Assembly (NCBI GenBank): GCA_963575745.1
Contig: CAUYUJ010000071.1
Span: forward strand, 1-64,000
Direction: 5' to 3'
Length of the DNA stretch: 64,000 bases
Source of the DNA: Prorocentrum cordatum
Taxonomy: Eukaryota
Positions 1 to 64,000 of this stretch are shown in pieces. The number at the start of each line of letters is the position of its first letter. Positions within the stretch are counted from its first letter, which is position 1. A model generated the notes under the pieces. It was not told where the DNA came from. It saw only the letters and a list, made by a program, of their open reading frames with translations, and ran no database searches. A program made the position numbers and the translations under genes.

Positions 1-450
1 TGGATGTGCGTGACGCATGCGGGCGGTGGCACTGGGGCCTTCGGTGGAGCTCCCTGTGGGGCCACGAAACGTGTGAGGGGTGTGCCGAAGTGGGTGTGCG
101 TGACGCATGCGGGCGGTGGCTCTGGGGCCTTCGGTGGAGCTCCCTGTGGGGCCACGAAACGTGTGAGGGGTGTGCCGAGATGGATGTGCGTGACGCACGC
201 GGGCGGTGGCTCTGGGGCCTTCGGTGGAGCTCCCTGTGGGGCCACGAAACGTGTGAGGGGTGTGCCGAGATGGATGTGCGTGACGCATGCGGGCGGTGGC
301 ACTGGGGCCTTCGGTGGAGCTCCCTGTGGGGCCACGAAACGTGTGAGGGGTGTGCCGAAGTGGGTGTGCGTGACGCATGCGGGCGGTGGCTCTGGGGCCT
401 TCGGTGGAGCTCCCTGTGGGGCCACGAAACGTGTGAGGGGTGTGCCAAAG
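1..450. repeat. Tandem satellite, 90-bp unit x5 (TGGATGTGCGTGACGCATGCGGGCGGTGGC...GTGTGCCGAAG), truncated by the window start
   Basis: Near-identical units start at 1, 91, 181, 271 and 361. The array is followed by a purine tract and a tail-like segment (TCTCTTCAAAACGAAGACCCAACACCACAGG, ~526-556). Confidence 0.95.
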
Positions 451-857
451 TGAGGGGGTTGACGGGAGGAGGGAGGAGGGAGGAGAGGAGGAAGGAAGGA
501 AGGAACGCGGGGAACGCGGGGACCGTCTCTTCAAAACGAAGACCCAACACCACAGGATTGCTGGAAAAAAGCACACGTCCCCATTGCGAAAATTTGCATC
601 TTCATCTTGGCGACCAGGACACGTCTGCCCGAAGAAGCCGTGAGAGATCGCCCAGGAGCGACTCCTTCGCCGTCCTTTCACAATCGGAGAGCGAAAGTCG
701 AACCTGAAAGTGCCACGGTCGCTCATGCTCAAGATGGACAACTTTCGCAACGAGAAAGGATCGTCGGAGATCTAGTGGGGCGCAGCCCCCCGCCATGGGC
801 CCGGAAGCCAGTGCAGGCCAGCATCGGCCCAATTGAACAGGTTGGCGCCCCTCCGGC

Positions 858-60782
<59,925 letters not shown>

Positions 60783-60794
60783 CTGGCGGGGGTG

Positions 60795-61147
60795 AGTCTC
60801 GTTTATCCGATCCCCATCCCAAGGGGCGTGGCCCGGGCCCCCCTGGATGGGGATAGAGGCCGTCCCCTTCGGGTTTCGAGGGGTGCATCCCCAACTGGGG
60901 TGTTAATTTGGGGGCGCCTCGAAGGGGATGAGGATGGGGACGGGGTGGGCCACGAGAGCAGCGCTCCATGGGCCCATGATGATGATGATGATGATGAGGA
61001 GGAGGAGGAGGAGGAGGAGGAGGAGGAGGAGGAGGAGGGGGAGGAGGGGGAGGAGGAGGAGGAGGAGGAGGAGGAGGAGGAGGAGGAGGAGGAGGAGGAG
61101 GAGGAGGAGGAGGAGGAGGAGGGGGATGGGGGCCGGATAAACGATAC
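60795..61147. mobile_element. MITE copy (TCGTTTATCCG...CGGATAAACGA) with an internal GAG tract
   Basis: Inverted termini and similarity to 1171-1350. Confidence 0.6.
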
Positions 61148-61699
61148 CGAGGGGGGGGGCCACGAGAGCAAGGCGCTCCCACGCTGCTCCTGCCCGTCGA
61201 GAGCGGCACCTCGCGGTGTGCACTCTCCGCACCCGCGTTCTTCCCCAAAACCGGGGCAAGCATGGCGTGGTGGAGGCGAGGAGTTCGCGAATGGGAGCGG
61301 AGCGAACCGAACTCCTCCTTTTCCTCCTCCTCCTCCTCCTCCTCCTCCTCCTCCGCCTCCGCCTCCGCCTCCTCCTCCTTCTCGCGCCTCAGTCCTCCTG
61401 CCCCTTCCTCCATGACAGGCCTCCGCTTCCTCCCCCATCTTCCACCTACTGCTGCTGCTGCCGCTCCTGATCCTGCATCTGTTCCTGCACTTTCTCCTGC
61501 TGCTCCCATATCCTCCCCCCGTCCACATTCGCCCTGTTCACCTTCTCTCCCTCAGACTCACCATCGTCCTCCTCTTATACGTGATCCTCCTTCAACCTCT
61601 GCCGCCACCCCCGCTTGGCCTCGCTTCGCTGCAGCGCGCAAGTCGTCGAAGGATACCAAAAAAAGCTAAACAACATCGCTCAAAGTAAAAGTGGGACTA

Positions 61700-61872
61700 C
61701 AGTCAAAAACCCGAATAAGGACGCGCGGTAAGGACGCAAGACCCTTGGAAGCCGAAGGTGAGATTTTTGGGGCGGCGGACGACGAAAACCTCAAGAAGGC
61801 AAGAGCAAGGGAGAGCAAGGACACAAGGGTACCCTGAGCAAAGTCGCGCGTCCTTATTAGAAGGTGTGACTA
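61700..61872. mobile_element. CAGT-type MITE copy
   Basis: Aligns along its length with 44852-45024. Confidence 0.75.
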
Positions 61873-62157
61873 CATATCAAAACTGCGACTCCGAGAGGCC
61901 CTCTGCCAACTCCACTTCGTGCGATGCGGCAGCTTCGAGGCACACTGCACGGGTGTCCGGAGAAAATATGATATCCTGGACCACTCCAAACCTGCCACGA
62001 AGCTCCGAATAACACCACGCAAGACCCCCACAAGCCCCCAGCTGGGAGCTCGCGGGCTTAGGCCTCCTGGAAAAGGACTCCGAGCCATGTGCGCAACCAC
62101 ACATGCTAAGCTATGTGTTTCGTCACTTCATCCTCCTACTTCTTCTCCTCCTCCTAC

Positions 62158-62212
62158 TCATCATCATCAGCATCAGCATCAGCATCAGCATCCGCATCAG
62201 CATCAGCATCAG

Positions 62213-62260
<48 letters not shown>

Positions 62261-62709
62261 TGTCATCATCAGCATCATCGTCATCATCGTCATCATCATC
62301 ATCATCAGCAGCAGCATCATCCATCGCCACCAATATTTTCGTCATCATCATCCTCATCAGAATCATCATAGTCATCATCAACGCCATCGCCATCGCCAAC
62401 GCCATCACCATCACCACCACCATCACCACCACCACCACCACCACAACCACCATCATCATCATCATCATCATCATTGTCATCATGATCAGCGTCATCATCA
62501 CCATCATCATCACCAGCACCATCATCATAAGCATCATCCTCATCGTCATCATCGTCATCATCATCAGCAGCAGCATCATCCATCACCACCAACATGATCA
62601 TGAGCATCATCATCTTCATCCTCCTCATCATAATCATCATAATCGTCGTCAACGCCACCGCCATCGCCAACGCCATCACCATCACCATCACCAGCACCAC
62701 CACAACCAC

Positions 62710-62744
<35 letters not shown>

Positions 62745-64000
62745 GCGTCATCATCAGCATCGTCAACAACATCGTCACCATCACCCTGCCCCGTTATTAT
62801 ACTTAACAACAGAGTAAAGTCAACATCAACCTCAAGAAATTCATCATCAGTATAAAGATTACCCATATCGACCTTAACAGCAACAATAGCAGCCGCAGCA
62901 AAATCATCAGCAGCAGCAGCATCGTCATCACCATCATCAGCAGCAGCAGCAACATCATCATCCTGAGCATCATCGACATTCTCATCATCGCCATCACCAT
63001 CATCAACATCATCAACAACGTAATCGTCATCGTCATCGTCATCGCCATCACCATCATCAATCGTGTTGGCATCATCATCAGCAGCAGCAGCATCCGCAAT
63101 CTCACATGATCGCCCACCAGCATCATAGTAATGGTCCGTACACAAATCCGCATCACCGCCATCATCGTGGTCGGCGCGATAGTGACCATCAGCAACAGAA
63201 AGATAACCGCAATTGTCATAGACGTCATGGTCATCACAACTACCGCCACCGTCATCATCACCAGCATCACCGTCATCGTCAGCATTGACGACACCACCAC
63301 CACAACCTATCATCGTCATCATGCTACTCGTCACCACCACCACCACCGCCGCCATCATCATCAGCAACAACATTCGCGCCATCATCGTTGTCGGCGTCAG
63401 CATCACCATCGTCATCATCATCATCGCCAGCATCATCACCAGCATCATCATCATCATCATCATCATCATCAGCATCGTCATCATCATAATCATCATCACT
63501 TGCATCATCATCCTGTCCAATGACCCCATCAACCACCATTTCCCCATCATCGACAATATCATCAATAACATCACCAACGGCATCATCATCACCATCATCA
63601 TCACTATCATCGCCAATCTCACTATGACCACCCACCGACGTCACTTACATCATCAGCGTCATCGTCATAAAAATCATCATGTCAACGCCAGGCCCATGAT
63701 GATTCGCCATTAGCAGCAGCAGCAGAGACACATCAACAATCGTCATCAACGCCATGGTCTTCACAACTACCATCATTATGAGCTAATCATCTCATCATCA
63801 TCATCATCACCACCATCAGCAGCATCAACATTGTCAACACAATTACGACCATCATTACCATTATCAACATGATCGTGCTCGTCATCACCACCACCTCCAT
63901 CATCAGCAGTATCATCGTCATCGTGTTCATCAGCATCGTCGTCGTCATCATCATCCACTTCATCCGCATCATCATCAGCATCATCTGCATAATCATCTTT
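62158..64000. repeat. (CAT/CAC)n low-complexity tract
   Basis: Direct. Confidence 0.95.

Noticed and set aside
1..450. CRISPR-like or coding repeat
   Set aside because: Contiguous 90-bp units with no unique spacers and no cas genes; the ORFs are a by-product of the unit length being a multiple of 3.

Overview
GC-rich, repeat-saturated eukaryotic DNA with dinoflagellate hallmarks: relic spliced-leader (DinoSL) motifs, GC/GA splice donors, and long CAT/GAG/TAG tracts. It is Prorocentrum-like by inference only. One minus-strand host gene for a KH-RRM-KH RNA-binding protein can be rebuilt from about 9 small exons spanning roughly 858-60782. Its introns are filled with transposable elements. The centrepiece is an apparently full-length 13.3-kb non-LTR retrotransposon (29115-42371, 13-bp TSD, short-repeat tail) with a single uninterrupted ~3,700-aa ORF: coiled-coil region, RNase H, AP endonuclease, RT, C2H2 zinc fingers, and a C-terminal C5-cytosine DNA methyltransferase. 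A 195-bp MITE sits inside the RRM-coding exon and its TSD supplies perfect GT/AG sites (an Introner); the gene's other introns carry similar 4-6-bp boundary repeats. Also present: a decayed second LINE, two decayed Ty1/copia-like remnants (one with a downstream methyltransferase-like relic), an SL-preceded remnant resembling an HUH/Rep protein, several MITE families, satellites and microsatellites. Most short ORFs in the supplied track are spurious products of high GC and simple repeats. All domain calls are by-eye motif recognition; no database searches were run.
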